Assembly: GCA_001724245.1 (NCBI GenBank)
Contig: MEDX01000021.1
Span: 1 to 50,986, forward strand
DNA length: 50,986 bases
Direction: 5' to 3'
Source of the DNA: Fonticula-like sp. SCN 57-25
Taxonomy: Eukaryota
Part shown: piece after piece, positions 12,960 through 24,449 of the stretch
Layout of the letters: each line of letters begins with the position of its first letter
Numbering within the stretch: the first letter of the stretch is position 1
The notes under the pieces: model-generated
Databases searched by the model: none
Seen by the model: the letters and a program-made list of their open reading frames with translations, nothing else
What the model was told of the DNA's origin: nothing
Program-made: the position numbers and the translations under genes

Positions 12960-15900
12960 CTAATTCAGGGCATGCGTAATTGCCGCGAGGCGGTCGAGTG
13001 CTCCCGTGCGGTCGTTGCTGGCCGCAAACGCGAGGATTGCCTGCGCGCAGCGCGTGTGCAGGGCGCGAAGCTCGTCCAGGTCGTACGATGCGGTCCCTTT
13101 TGCGAGCGCGTCCAGGGTCAGCTCCCAGCGGGCGCGGTCGATAATGAAGGGCATCTCCTTTGGGGCCGGCGGCGTCGCGGGCTCCTCGGCGGGCGTCGTC
13201 TCCTCGGCGGCGGCGGTCGCGGCCGTCTGCTCGTCGTCGTCCGCCATCGGCTGGTCGTCATCGGCGTCGGCTTCCTCCTCGTCCTGCTCCTCGGCGTCGA
13301 CCTCCATAGCATCCTCGCCACGTGGCGCGATTTCCTCGTCCTCTTCGGACTCTTCCTTCTCATCTTCAGATGCAGAGTCAGAAGCAACAGCATTGGCATC
13401 GTCTTCCTTTTCTTCTTCTTCTTCCTTTTCTTCGTCATCCTCTTCTGCTACCTCTTCTGCTTCTTCTTCTTCCTTCTCTTCATCATCGTCTTCTGCCTCT
13501 TTTTCTTCTTCATCCTTCTCGTCTTCCTCGTTCTCTTCCTCTTCCTTCTCCTCCTTGTCTTCCTCGTCCACTTCCTTATCGTTCCCGTCCCCTTCCTTCT
13601 CTACCTTATCCTCCTCTTCCGCTCCCTTTACGATCTTCTTGGCCGTCTTACGCCTCGCGTCCAGCTCGGCCGGGACTTCATCCACGCGGTCGGGCATCTC
13701 GCCACGCAGCCTGCGGCTATGCCGCGGGCCCAAGTTCTTCTCGGGCGATGCCTCGCGCTTGCGACGCGCCGCGAGGGCCATGCACCGCGAAAGGAGGTCG
13801 GGTTCGATGAGCTTGGAGACCATCTGCGTCGCAATGTCCTTCATGGCACGCGCGCGGTTGACGATGCGCTCGGGGTCGTGGCGCGGGTTGAACTCGCGCG
13901 CGTTCGACAGGATGAGGTCAATGTCGGCGAGATACTCGTCAGGCAGCGAATAAACGCCCTCGTCAATCCTAAAAAACAGCGGAAAAGTAGAAATTTGTCA
14001 GTTTCACCCTTAACAGTCACTTTAGCCAACGCACTTTGACATCATTGTCGTGAGGTCCATGGGATGCTCGATGATCTCGTAATAGTCGGGCAGCACCTCC
14101 GGGTCGACCGGCTTGTGGAATGGCGCAAACTTGCGAACCTTGAGCAGCTCGTCGGTGGCGATGCGCAAGTCAATGCGCAGCTCGCGCAGCGTGTCCTCGT
14201 CGGCGCGCTCGCGCGCGCGGCGCTCTTCGGCCGACACGCGCGGCTTGGGCAGCGCCGGCGCCTTCGGCAGCGGCGGCGGCGGGACCTTGACGATCTCGAT
14301 GAGGGTTTCGCTGCCGTCGTCGGCGAGCTTAAAGCCGGCCGGCGGGCGGAACAGCAACGCCGACAGCGACTCAAAGAACGCGCGGCGGGCATCGACGCCC
14401 GGCGGTGACGCGGTGACGCGCGCGGCCATCGAGCGGCCTGAAAAGAGACGCTCGGTGACCTCGCAGGCGCCGGTGGTCTCTGACGTGGCGAGAAGCAGCA
14501 CGCGCTCCTCGGCCGGAAGCGTCTCAAAGGCGTCGACGAGCGCACTGACGACGGCGTCGGGCGCCGTCGCGGCCCATCTGTCAATGTGCGGAAGGTATGC
14601 GATGGCCGGCTGGCGCTTGCTGAGCTCGCGGAGCAGCGCAAGTGCGGTCGCGTCGGCGCCGCGCAGCCCGTCCGCGGCGAGCAGCGAAGACATGTCAAAG
14701 CTCTGGATAAACAGCGACGTGAACGAGTGCAGCACAGCGGCGCCAATGTCGGCGGCGCCGGGGCCCTGGACCAGCAGCCGCGGGCGGAAAACGCTAAAGG
14801 GCTTGTCCTGCAGCAGAGACGTCGCGCCGTCACCGGACCACTCGTCCTCGCGGCGCAGCAGCGACTCGAGCGTTACAAACTCGGTCGTCTCGGGGGCGCG
14901 GCCGCCGGCGGGCGCGGTGCGCTCGGCGATCATGAGCTTTTCGAGGACGGCAGCGGACCCCGCGGCGACGGCGTCCTTTAGCAGCGGCGCCATCAGCAGC
15001 GGGAGCGGGCGACCCGGGTGCTCGGCGCTGCGCCGCGACGACGGCGTGATGCCGCGCAGTGCCTCGGCAAAGTCGTCGCGGCGCACGCGGATCTGGTCGG
15101 GGTGGATGAGCAGCCGCTCGGACGACTCGTAGATCTGCGGGTAGTGCCGCTTGACCGCCTTGAGCGCCGCGTCGGTGCAGAGCGCGCGGATGTCGGCGCC
15201 GCCAAAACCCTTCGTCGCCTCGGCAAGCTCCGCCTTGAAGCCGTCCTCGAGCGGCGGCGACCACTTTGACGTGTGGATGTCAATGATGGAACGGCGCGCG
15301 ACCGCGTCCGGCAGCGAAAAGAAAAACTCGCGGTCAAAGCGGCCCGGGCGGCGCAGCGCGGGGTCGATCGCGTCAATGCGGTTCGTCGCGCCAATGACAA
15401 TCACCTGGCCGCGGCTATCGAGGCCGTCCATGAGCGCAAGGAGCGTCGACACGATCGACGAGTGGACCTGCTCTTGTTTGGACGACCGCACGGGCGCCAG
15501 GCCGTCAATCTCGTCGAAAAAGATGATGGATGGCTGCATCGCCTGCGCCTGCTCAAACAGGAGTCGCAGCTGGCGCTCCGCCTCGCCGACCCACTTGCTC
15601 AGGCAGTCGGCGCCCTTTCGCATAAAAAAGGAGATTTGGCGGGGTGCGCCGCCGACGCCGGGTACGCCAATCGTCGCAGAGTTGGCGAGCGCGCGCGCCA
15701 TGAGCGTCTTGCCCGTTCCGGGCGGGCCGTGGAAGAGCACGCCACGCGGCGGCGCAACGTCAAAGCGCGTAAACACTTCGGGATACAGCAGCGGTAGCAG
15801 TACCATTTCCTTTAGAATTGCAATATGGTGATTGAGGCCGCCGATCGACTCAAAGGTGGTCTGCGCGACAACGTTGAGCGGGTCCACGTCGGCGCGCGAG

Positions 15901-17081
15901 CTGCTGCCTAGCGGTAGGTGAGCATCGCCGCCCATGTTCAACGGCTGAATGGCGTGGCGCGACCCGCCCGACGACGACATCGGGCCGCCCTTGCGCCGGT
16001 CATAGTGCTTCTCATCGTCGCTTGAATCGTCAAAGCGATTCGCCTTGCGCGGCGACGACAGAATCGCGCTGAGCGACCGCTCGCTGATCCTGCGGTCAGG
16101 GAAACGCTGGCGGTGGCGGTCCATCTCCGCCTCGGACGGAAAGATGGTGGCGTAGTTGACCGACCGGCGCGGCCGCAGCGAGTAGCGGTCGGCGTCATTG
16201 TCGGGAGATGCGGCCCGCGAGCGCCGGCTGCTGCTGTCCTTTCGCGAGCTCGAACGCGACCGGCTCGACTTTTGGCGCGACTGGCGGCTCTCGTGGCGGT
16301 GCTGCCGCTCGCTGGACGCGTGCGACCGCCGAGCGGGCAGAGTGTCGCCGTTGTCGTTGTAGTTGATGGCGCGGCGCTGGCGAAGACCCTCGCGCGTCGT
16401 CGGGGTGTAGATGGGCACCTCTTCTTCGTGCTCTTCCTCGTAAAACACAGGCGGCGGGGGGCGGCGCTCGCGCAGCTGCCGCGTCGTCGCGGGCGTGTGC
16501 ACCCCTTCCTCGGCGTGCTCCGCTTGGTCGGCATCGTGCGCGTCATCGGCAGCGCCGTCATGGTGCGACTCATCGTCGCTCTCCTCGTCCGGCACGACGA
16601 TCCGCCGCCGGCTGCGCAGCGAGCGCGACCCTGACTCGTGCGTTTCCGCCTGCTGCGGCGACACGCTCTCTGTGCGGGCGCGCTTCGACTGCGGCGAATC
16701 CTGCTGCCTCTGTGACCTGCGCCGGGTCAAGGGGTCTTCGTCGTCGTGCTGACTGTCATCGTCTTCGTCGCTGCTCTCGGGATCGACGACGATGGCGCGC
16801 GTCCCACCTCGCGACGGGCGCACGTACATGTCAACCGGTGCAGACCGGCGCGACCGAGACGACGAGTGGCGCATCGGCTGGAAGTCGTCCTCTGAAAAGT
16901 CGTCGTCGTCCTCGGCAAGCACCGGGCGCTTGTCCCGCGACCGAAGCGACCGCGACGACTGCGACGACTCGCGGGACGGCGACTTTGTCGGCGACTGCGA
17001 CATTTGTTTGGCAAACAGCGCGCTCGCAATCTTGCGAGCCGACCTGGCAGCGGACGGGCTCGACTGGCCCCCGCTTCCCAT
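12960..17081 (-). CDS. ATAD2: AAA+ ATPase with bromodomain (ATAD2/Yta7), 2 exons
   Basis: GVLFHGPPGTGKT, FFMRKGADCLSKWVGEAERQLRLLF, IIFFDEIDGLAPVRS and ALRRPGRFDRE; bromodomain FHKPVDPEVLPDYYEIIEHPMDL split by an intron near 13968-14034. Confidence 0.95.
13330..13640 (-). repeat. Glu/Asp/Lys-rich low-complexity coding repeat within ATAD2
   Basis: (TCT/TCC/TCA)n on the + strand; the peptide contains two copies of AE(D/E)DDEEKEEEE. Confidence 0.8.
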
Positions 17082-17127
17082 GGCCGATCGACGCTGCGCG
17101 ACTCGAAGCTCGAGCGAAGCGGAACTT

Positions 17128-17146
17128 TTTCGCGCGCAATTTTGAA
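17128..17146. promoter_or_regulatory. E2F/CDE plus CHR element in the ATAD2/VPS51 bidirectional promoter
   Basis: TTTCGCGC(G) at 17128-17136, a 4-nt spacer CAAT, then TTTGAA at 17141-17146. Confidence 0.6.
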
Positions 17147-17254
17147 TCGCATGCGTAATCGCACCCTTGGACCTGATTTCGCCCTGGCTTTCTTATTCCT
17201 GCCTGATTGTTCTGATCTGGAGCTGGGATCGAGAGAGCGAGCCGACAACAAACC

Positions 17255-20012
17255 ATGTCGGATCGCAAAGGGGCCGCAGGGCCGGCGGCAAGCATGCCAC
17301 CGCCCGCAGCGCCTTCCGCTGGTGGAAGTTCCCGCCGCAAAAACCGGATGTTGAAGGACTTTTACGGGCTCGAAAAGACGGCGGCCGCATCCAACCCGCT
17401 GAGCTTGGATGACGAGGCGTTCAATGCAGACCTGTTCTTGAAGAAGGTCATGGCAGAGCGCGAGCTTCCGAAACTCGTTGATCTGGACAATAAGACGGTC
17501 GCCGGTATGAAGGCTTTGTATGATCGTGCGGCTGGCTTACCGCTCGTTTGCAGAAATCAAGGCGCTTGACAGTGACATGAAGATGCTCGTTTACGAAAAC
17601 TACAACAAGTTTATCAGCGCGACAGACACGATTAAAAAGGCATGCCAGTCCTTTTCCGCTGCAGCTTGTGCTAACAGTTTGTATTGCACATAGATGCGCA
17701 AGAATGTTGAGAATATGACGGAAGACATGGATCGCATGCGCAAGACGATGGAGAGCATTGACCGCGAGAGTCTGCAGGTGAACACGTCGCTCGTTGAAAA
17801 GCGTAACCGGATCAACCAGCTGTCGGGCGTCCTCGGCATGCTGCGCAAGCTCCAGTTTGTGTTTGAGCTGCCGTCCCGCCTGCGCAACTGCCTCAAGCTC
17901 AACGCGTACGACCAGGCGTACCGCTACTACATGCGGACGAGCGACGTCCTGAGCCACTACAGCCACCTCCCGTCCTTTGCGGCCATCCAAAAGGACTGCG
18001 ACGTCATCATCAAGGACCTCATCGTCAAGCTAAAGGCCAAGATGCGCGGCCCTGACGTACGCCCTTTGATTTATTGATCATTGTTGCTGATTCGCTGTCG
18101 CAGATCGGCATGGCCGACTTTTTAGAGTGCACGCAGATCCTCATCGGCCTCAAGGAGCCGGCCCAGGAGCTCTGGCGCGCCTATCTCGAGCGGTACGTTA
18201 ATTTTTTTTTACTTTTTTAACCCTTGCCTAACCGCTGCTGTAGTGAGAAGCGTGCGCTGCAGTCACTTCTTGCGTCGTGCGCAGTCTACAAGCCGCCGAC
18301 GCCGACGTCACCTCAGCCGGCGTCGGGCGATGATGCTGACGCTGACGCCGACGCGGTGCCCGTTGAGCCGCCGAGCGCCGAGGAGGGGAACGACCCGTGC
18401 GCGATGGTGAACCACGTGAACGACGTATTTTGCCGCCAGCTGGCCGACTTTATCGGCTCGTTCAACCGCGTGTTCCTTGGTGCGCTCGCGAGCAAGTCGT
18501 CTCTCCCTGCCCCGACGCTGTCGCAGCAGGAGAAGCGGACGGCGGAGGAGGACCTGTACGTGGCCGTGTCGGACCTCGGCCGCGACTACTTTACGCTGCT
18601 CGAGACCTTTTTGACCCCGCGGCCCGGCAGCCGGCTGTCGTCGCCGCCCGACTATGCGCGCACTTTTGTGCGCATGGAGTCGTCTGTCGCGACGATCGAT
18701 TCGCTGCTACCGCGCTCTGGCTTTGCGACCAAGAGCCGCAAGCTGACGGGCGACTTTTTGACCAACTATGTCGGCTTGACGTTTGGCAAGGTGGAGGAGT
18801 CGATCAAGGCGCAGATTGTGGCGCTACCCGCGCGCATCAAGAGCGACGAGGAAGAGGGACTAGAAGAGTGCTTGATGGACTGCCTCCGCGAGCTCAAGGG
18901 CGCCGTCAACAAGGGGTACATGGAGACGCTGTCCGGCCTCGACCTGTTTTTGCACCTCGACGAGTCCTTTGTCAACGCGCACAGCAACATGTTTGTCGGC
19001 GCCGTGTTCCGCCGCGCCCTCTCCTTTTGGCCGACCATTTCGGCCGACATGGTCGAGTTTGGGTCGTCAAAGTCGCTCGCCGCGTCGGCGCACTCGGCGC
19101 TCGTGACGCTCCTTCTCGCGCGCCTCTGCCTCGACCTCGAGTCAACCATCGTCGGCAACGCGCTCGGCCGCGTCGTCGAGCTCTTTGGCCTCGTCGGGCG
19201 GCGCAGTTTGACTGTCGAAAACAACGATATTCGCCTTTCAATGAGGAGCCTCGCCGACGACCTGCTCCAAAAGTACGTGGACAATGTCGCCGAGAGCCTC
19301 TCGTACATGATCCGCAACTCGGTCGAGTCGCGCAACTGGCTCACGCTCAAGGAGCCGCGGCGCATCTCTAAGGTGTGGGAGCAGGTGCTCTCGGACCTCG
19401 GCACAATGGCAAAGGGCGCCGATGCGCTCTTTGAAAAGGAGGATCGCTCAAATTACCACGCGCGCCTCAGTTCGGGTACGCTTTTGCCAAGAGCTCGTTT
19501 ATGTTTGCTAACTGTTTGACACAGATGGGAGCAGCCGCAGGACCGGCGCGACGTACACGTCGTCGGCGGGGCGCGGGCGGGGCATCGGCGGGCTGCCGGT
19601 CGGCACGGAAAACATTATGATTGACCGCCTCTTTGTGGAAAAGGTGGACGTGTTTGGCCGCGTGGACATGGCCAAGAGCGCCATCAAACTGGCCGTCATC
19701 AAGATTGTCCTCAAGAGCACTGTCGAGACGGTGCGCACGCGGACGCTCGGGCGGAACGGCTTCCAGCAGCTGCAGGTGGACGCAGAGTACCTGCGCATCA
19801 ACATGTGGCGGTTCGACGTCAACGAGAGGATAGCAAACAACATGATCACGGACATTGTGTCCAGCGCGCAGAACCGGTGCGTCGACCCGGTGCCAATGGA
19901 CCAGTCGGTACGTCTCTTTGCTTTATATTTCGCACAAAAGACGAGTTGCTGACAAACTACGCGCGCTTAGATTGTTGAAAAGCTTGCGAGCGAGGTCACG
20001 GCTGCTCATTAA
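17255..20012 (+). CDS. VPS51: GARP/EARP complex subunit Vps51, 7 exons (one GC-AG intron)
   Basis: [60 protein letters not shown] and [18 protein letters not shown]...RCVDPVPM. Confidence 0.92.
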
Positions 20013-20106
20013 GTATGAAACGGGCACCGAGGGCGAGCAAGTAAAAGCCATGAATATGTATTGAAAAATGTATGTTTTTGTATGACTCATATACTATTTT
20101 CCTAAA

Positions 20107-20575
20107 TTAAAAGAGCCCGCTCATTGTAATTGGGTCGTCGCGCTTGACACCCAGCCGCATGTCCTTGTCGAGCTTGAAAATTGTGCTCCGGATCATGCGC
20201 TCGTCAATCTTGAGCACGCGCGCCACCTCGGAGGCGACCGCAGGCCGCGCATCAAAGTGCATCAGGTAATAGCTGGAGGTAGACGATTAGAAATAAAAGA
20301 GTCCACAAGCAAGTCGTACCGGCCCTGCGTATAAAAATTCATGTGCGACTTCATGCGGTACGGGAGCGTGCGGACGCCCATGTGCTCAATCTTGCGCACG
20401 ACACCTCCATTGTCGAGCACCACAAAGGCGGCCTTCTTGCAAATGTCCGCCACCTCCGACTACCAAAACAAATTACAAAACAACAGCGTTCAGTATCCAA
20501 CAAATTCCGAAGACAAGCCGCCCGCACCATCGCCATCCTTGGCCGGACAATCGAAATCATCTCGTAGAGCACCAT
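20107..20575 (-). CDS. MRPS6: Mitochondrial ribosomal protein bS6m, 3 exons
   Basis: MVLYEMISIVRP...VLDNGGVVRKIEHMGVRTLPYRM...GRYYLMHFDARP...LKIDERMIRSTIFK. Confidence 0.9.
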
Positions 20576-20657
20576 GTTTGCGGGCGGTCCGGGTACGAGC
20601 TCGGTTCAAACGTGTTACGGCCACGTGCACACTGTGATCTTTTATGGTTGTTTCTCG

Positions 20658-21687
20658 ATGAATGCCGCAGTCAAAGTTGTGATGGGCCCGGCCACGCTGC
20701 TCGAGGGGGAGCTCGAGGGGCTGTCGCTCTCGGAGCGCCTGCCGGGCGAGGTTGTGTACACTCTGCTGCAGTTCCTGGACGTGCAGGACCTCGGCCGCCT
20801 GGCGCAGACATGCACTGAGCTGCGAGACATCGTCTACGCGTCCGACTGCTGGGAATCGCTCTGCGTCGACCGCTTCGGGTCGATCCTGATGTTGCAGTCG
20901 CTGGTGGAGGAGGCCGGCATCCCGCTGCCCGCCGCTCGGCAGCCGCCGTCCAACTGGCGCAACGAATACATGAGGCGCTTGGAACAGCCGCCGGTAGATC
21001 TCGATCATATCGCGGCAATGTACGATGACGCGCAGAGCAGGCTGCAGGACAATGCCGTGTCGACGCCCGAGCAGTTCACAGAGATCGCGCAGATCCTCCT
21101 GTCGATCCTCGGTACGTCCAACGCAATCTGCGCGCGTTTGCTCACGACCGGGCGCTGTAGACGCTTTCCCCGAGCACTACCCTTCGTACTACACGCTCGG
21201 CCACGTGTGCTTTGTGCTGAACGCTTATGACGCCGCCGAGCAGCTTGTTGAGCTGGCGCTCGAGCTGGCACCCGGTGCGCCCGAGTGCGTCGAGCTGCTC
21301 GCGAGCATCCAGCGCGTGCAGCGTGCCATTGACGGCGTTGAGGAGGGCGACCAGCCGCTGCTCGACGACCACGACGAGCTGAGCGAGCCGCTGCGCCGCG
21401 TGCTCGGCGAGATCTTTACGAAATACGACGCTGACAAGGACGGCGCGCTGAACCGCCGCGAGCTGTCGAGCCTCATCGAGCGGACGAACGGCGTTGCGCC
21501 GGCGCCGCAGCTGCTCGCGGCGCTGACGCGCAGCTTTGCGTCAACGCGCGCAGGGGCACTCAAGCTGGAAGGCTTCCTCGCATTCTACCTCGCACAGACG
21601 CAAGGCGACCCGGAGGAAACCATCAGCGACCTCGCCAAGCACGGCTACAACCGCCAGCTCAAGCTCGAGCTTGCGGGGTCTTCATAG
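20658..21687 (+). CDS. F-box + TPR + EF-hand protein, 2 exons
   Basis: F-box LPGEVVYTLLQFLDVQDLGRLAQTC...WESLC; TPR-like YYTLGHVCFVLNAYDAAEQLVELALELAP; EF loop DADKDGALNRRE. Confidence 0.8.
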
Positions 21688-21891
21688 TCACTTTTTCGTC
21701 TATGGGGAGCGGCAACTGCGAAATAATTTTTCAATTGATGTTGATGTATTTGTACACACACAGTCATGATTTATAAACACTGAAATGAGCGCGCACTATC
21801 CTCCTGAGCTAGCGAGAAAACCGCCTATATACTACAAACCGACCACAAAAACGCCCATTCAGCACCACAAACTGGCCACAAAGCCGCCCCT

Positions 21892-23877
21892 CTACTCTGG
21901 CATGTCGGCCATGACAGAGAGCTTCGTCAGGCAGATCGGGCACTGCGGCTTTTGTATGAGCCACGGGTCGATGCACGACGTATGGAATATGTGAAAGCAC
22001 GGCAGCGTGCGCACTTGCTCGCCCGCCTCGTACTGGTAGCGGCACACCTGGCACTCATTGACGCCGTTGCGCTTCTCCTGCATGCTCACCTTGTACTGCG
22101 TCACTGGCAGCAGCCCTATATGCACAGGTCCAACTACAAAATTGTGAGCAAAAACAAGTCATCTGCTTTGCGCGCGTACGCTCGGTCCTGCGCGCCAGGT
22201 CGCCCTTGAGGTCCTCTGACGCCTGCCGAATGTCACGTGTGGCCTCGACAAAGAGCTCGTGCTGCAGCATGCGCGCGAGCTCATAGTCTGACGTAATCTG
22301 GTCCTCTTCGCTGAGGTTCACCGCCGCGGGCTCGTCGTCGCTCCAGTGCTCCATGTCGGCCGCCGCGTCGTCTTTCCTCTCGACATCAGCGCCGCTCACG
22401 TCCTGCGCCGACGAGTCTGCCACCCTGCGCACCAATGTTAGCGCCGCCGTCGGCATCAAAAGAGTGCATTTCGTACTCTCGCGACGCGTCCTCGTCTTCC
22501 TCCTCGAGCAGGATCAGCCGCTGCAGGTCGCTCAGTGTCCGCATGGACGACCCGAGCTCGAGCGACAGGCGCTCCAGCTGCATCGACAGCGACCGCTGGC
22601 GCGTGAGCGACCCGAGCTGCGGCGAGGCGGCGACGTCCGGCGGCACGGCGGAGGCGGCGGCCTGCGACGCGCTCGGGATCGGAATGCTCGACGACGCCGT
22701 CGTGGGGCTCGCGATCGGGGTCGGGGGCTGCGAGTCGGGCGTGGGCAGCGAGCGGTAACCGAAGCGCAGACCAAAGCCCGCGTTATAGCGCTCGTCTATG
22801 CTCGCCTTGTCGATAAGGCCCTTGCCGACCGTCAGCGTCTCTTTTGTCGCGTCCATGAACGCTGTGCGGAAATTAAGTAACCGCAGCAATTATAAAAAAT
22901 ACGCACCGCTATTCATGTAGTGCGCAAACATGAGCTTGGGCGGCCCCTGCGACCGCCGGTGGTAAAACTTGCACAAAAAGTCGCCCGAGACGCGCGTGCC
23001 GCGCAGGTCAAACGTAACGTCGACGACGTCAGATAGAATAGTCCGCGGCGCGCGCTCGGTGATGAGCGAGTTGAAGATCACTTCGTTGTTCTGGACAATC
23101 ATGACAAAGGCGCGGACGGTCGTCGGCATCAGATGAACGTTGGGCGGGACAGGCTCGCTGAAAATGTGCGTCAGCACTCAATATTAAAAGAATAAAAAGA
23201 TATAAACGTACTTTTTCGGCAGGATGACGCGCCCGTACTTGGGGATGGTGAGGAGCGTCACCGAGTGGAGCTCGACCGGCGAGCACAGTGCCGAGAGTCC
23301 CTGCACGTCGAGCCGCTTCCTGAAGCGGTCAAAGTTTTGCAGAAAGCCGTACTCTGACGGGAGCGGGTTCTTGCCCGGCGTGAGGACGCGCACGCGCTTA
23401 ATTGCGCACAGCCTCACAAACTGCTTGGCCACGAGGTCAAAGGACGAGTACTGCGGGTCGCACTCGAGAAGCACGCACGACGCCAGCATCGGGCACTCCT
23501 CGCTCGCCATGTGAAGCACGGCGACCGCAGTCGGCGAGCTCTGCAGCCACGACCGCAGCGGGCTAATATACACGTCAGAGAAAATTAATGTTGGGGATCG
23601 CGGCGTACCGGCACACCGTCACGATGCCCTCGAGCGTGCGGCCTTCGAGAGACACGTGGATCGCGCTCGGGATCCCGGGCAGCACGCAGGGAGAGTTCAC
23701 CTGAACGACCATAATAGTGTCGCTTTCGTGGTTTGCGTGAAGCACGCCGACCAGCTTTTGGGCATCACGCGGGGAGCTGTTGCTAGGAAGCGTGCACAGG
23801 ATGATGCGGCTGCTCAGGTAGGTCAGGTGTTGATGGCGACGGCGGCCCGTCGGCCACAAGCGGGAAAGAAGATCCAT
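21892..23877 (-). CDS. PTEN/tensin-like pseudophosphatase + C2 + RING-H2 protein, 6 coding exons
   Basis: LTYLSSRII (compare PTEN LTYI..II), LRSWLQSSPTAVAVLHM, C2 motifs GDFLCKFYH...MFAHYMNSAF...IDKASIDERY, and RING-H2 CQVC...LPCFHIFHTSCIDPWL...CPIC. All five introns preserve frame. Confidence 0.8.
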
Positions 23878-24372
23878 CTTGGCGGGCAAAGCAGACGACG
23901 ATAAGGGAGGTAGAGGGCGTCGAGGTGGCCCAAACAATAACGATCGACGCTTAAATAAAGGCATCGCGCAAGAGAAAAGGTGGGCGCCACGCGCGTGTTA
24001 GCCAGCAGCTTAAACAAGAAAATACCACAAAACATGCTACGATCCCCCCTGCGTACCTTACTAAACACTCAAGGGGAGTGCTCGCCCTCCCCGGACAATT
24101 TCAGATCAGTGGCGAACCGGGAGATGGCGGTCTCGCAGAACACGGAGTATATTAAGCCCCCGGGTCAAAAGGGATCCCCTTTCGAAGGCCGTCACCCAAG
24201 GCGCAATGCAACAGCTAATCCCACGCCGCGCGCTCGCTGATCCCCACAAAAAAGAAGCTTAACAAAAGAAGACGGTTTGGTCGATCCCAGTGACGCAATG
24301 GGAATGGCACGCGGCTCCCCGTCGTCACCGTGGCGTGCGCGGCAGGTTTTGTTTGTTGTGGGGTGGTATGAC

Positions 24373-24438
24373 GCAAACTGCAAACATCAAAAATGCATGC
24401 AAACTGACTTGCAAAATGCAAACTGACACGCAAACTGA
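24373..24438. repeat. Cluster of GCAAACTG motifs
   Basis: Exact copies start at 24373, 24399, 24418 and 24430, with variants at 24380 and 24411. Confidence 0.7.
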
Positions 24439-24449
24439 GCCAACGGCCG

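Noticed and set aside
10130-15831. Many long overlapping Arg/Ala/Ser-rich ORFs over URB2 and ATAD2
   Set aside because: Stop codons are scarce in high-GC DNA; no domain signatures.
21828-21892. Degenerate duplication of about 30 bp (ACAAACCGACCACAAAAACGCCC / ACAAACTGGCCACAAAGCCGCCC)
   Set aside because: Only two imperfect copies in a 3' UTR; not CRISPR-like and without mobile-element hallmarks.
24060-24240. Structured-looking segment (GGGGAG/CTCCCC hairpin, CATTGC) reminiscent of U1 or RNase P/MRP RNA
   Set aside because: It lacks the U1 5' end, a clear Sm site and paired P4 motifs. It is better explained as the 5' UTR exon of the PTEN-RING gene, followed by an AG|GTACGC donor.
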